DNA of 64,000 nucleotides from Mytilus californianus (taxonomy: Eukaryota): the NCBI RefSeq assembly GCF_021869535.1, contig NW_026262668.1, forward strand, positions 34,286,001-34,350,000, in the 5' to 3' direction. The first letter of the stretch is position 1. Every line of letters starts with the position of its first letter. This document shows, piece by piece, positions 63,490 through 64,000 of this stretch. A program made the translations under genes and the position numbers. Below the pieces are notes generated by a model. The model did no database searches and was not told the DNA's origin. It was given only the letters and a program-made list of their open reading frames with translations.

Positions 63490-63860
63490 AAAGCGATCAG
63501 GGTAGCAACAAGATTCAAACAGACAATCATTGGAACATTAATAAGTTCAGGTAACACAAACGATCGTTGAGGTGAAATTACAATATAAGGCAATGTTGAA
63601 ACAACCATGGGAACATTAATTAGTTCAGAAAAAAACAAACGACCATGATAGCCCTGAAAAGGCAAGGTCGTGATAGCCCTGAAAGAACAAGGTGCAAAAA
63701 GTGAATGCTAAATAAGTACAGATGCAAACAGACAATCATAGGCGCTTAAATAAGTATAGGTGAAAATATGCGATAATTATAGCAACAGTAAGTAAAAGTT
63801 TAAACAAAAGATCATTGGATAAATATAAATATTAAGACCAGTAATAAACAGACAATAAGT
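63490..63860 (+). repeat. Highly degenerate tandem array
   Basis: Recurring AAACAGACAATCAT(T)GG..ATTAATAAGT at about 63508, 63600, 63726, 63800 and 63847. Confidence 0.35.
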
Positions 63861-63924
63861 AAAGGATTAAAAAAGAGGTATATTAAATATATCAAACTTT
63901 CAAATTAAACATCAATAAGAGCAA

Positions 63925-64000
63925 TAAAAGAGAGGCGAATGATTCCAAAAGGAACATTCAAACTCATAAGTCGAAAAAACTGACAACGCCATGGCTTAAA
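63925..64000 (-). repeat. PLE-type tail terminus (runs off the window)
   Basis: GAGGCGAATGATTCCAAAAGGAACATTCAAACTCATAAGTCGAAAAAACTGACAACGCCATGGC, same family as 12820-12890 and 43465. Confidence 0.65.

Noticed and set aside
1-64000. Remaining 60-100 aa ORFs in the track
   Set aside because: Compositionally biased (F/I/L/K/Y-rich), many with non-ATG starts, expected by chance in AT-rich DNA or antisense to real exons and RT fragments.

Overview
AT-rich eukaryotic genomic DNA with GT-AG spliced genes. The repeat families point to a bivalve mollusc, probably Mytilus (inference from recall, no search run). Two host genes can be reconstructed exon by exon: a secreted coiled-coil plus short-chain-collagen-C4-like domain protein (+, 49177-55241, 3 coding exons, 250 aa) and a cytosolic sulfotransferase (-, 60145-56283, 5 exons, one frameshift in a T6 run). 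There is also a promoter with a signal-peptide exon at about 4.7-5.1 kb and weak remnants of decayed receptor-like genes. The rest is transposon-derived: at least six fragments of Naiad-type Penelope-like retroelements (PLE) and many solo 3' tails, tRNA-derived SINEs, a Helentron-type HINE, TTAA-flanked Kolobok-like elements, palindromic MITEs and minimal hammerhead ribozyme motifs. The two most notable structures are (1) the PLE at 65-2300, which has an in-frame TGA at a Cys-equivalent position plus a SECIS-like hairpin in its 3' UTR (selenoprotein-type Naiad; the class is already described), and (2) a complete 3.8-kb foldback element (34176-37989, perfect 10-bp TSD) whose two 1.34-kb arms each carry a 21-bp minisatellite and the same SINE insertion with its own TSD. 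Most ORFs in the supplied track are spurious. I see no prokaryotic system or CRISPR array, and nothing I can show to be a wholly new biological system.
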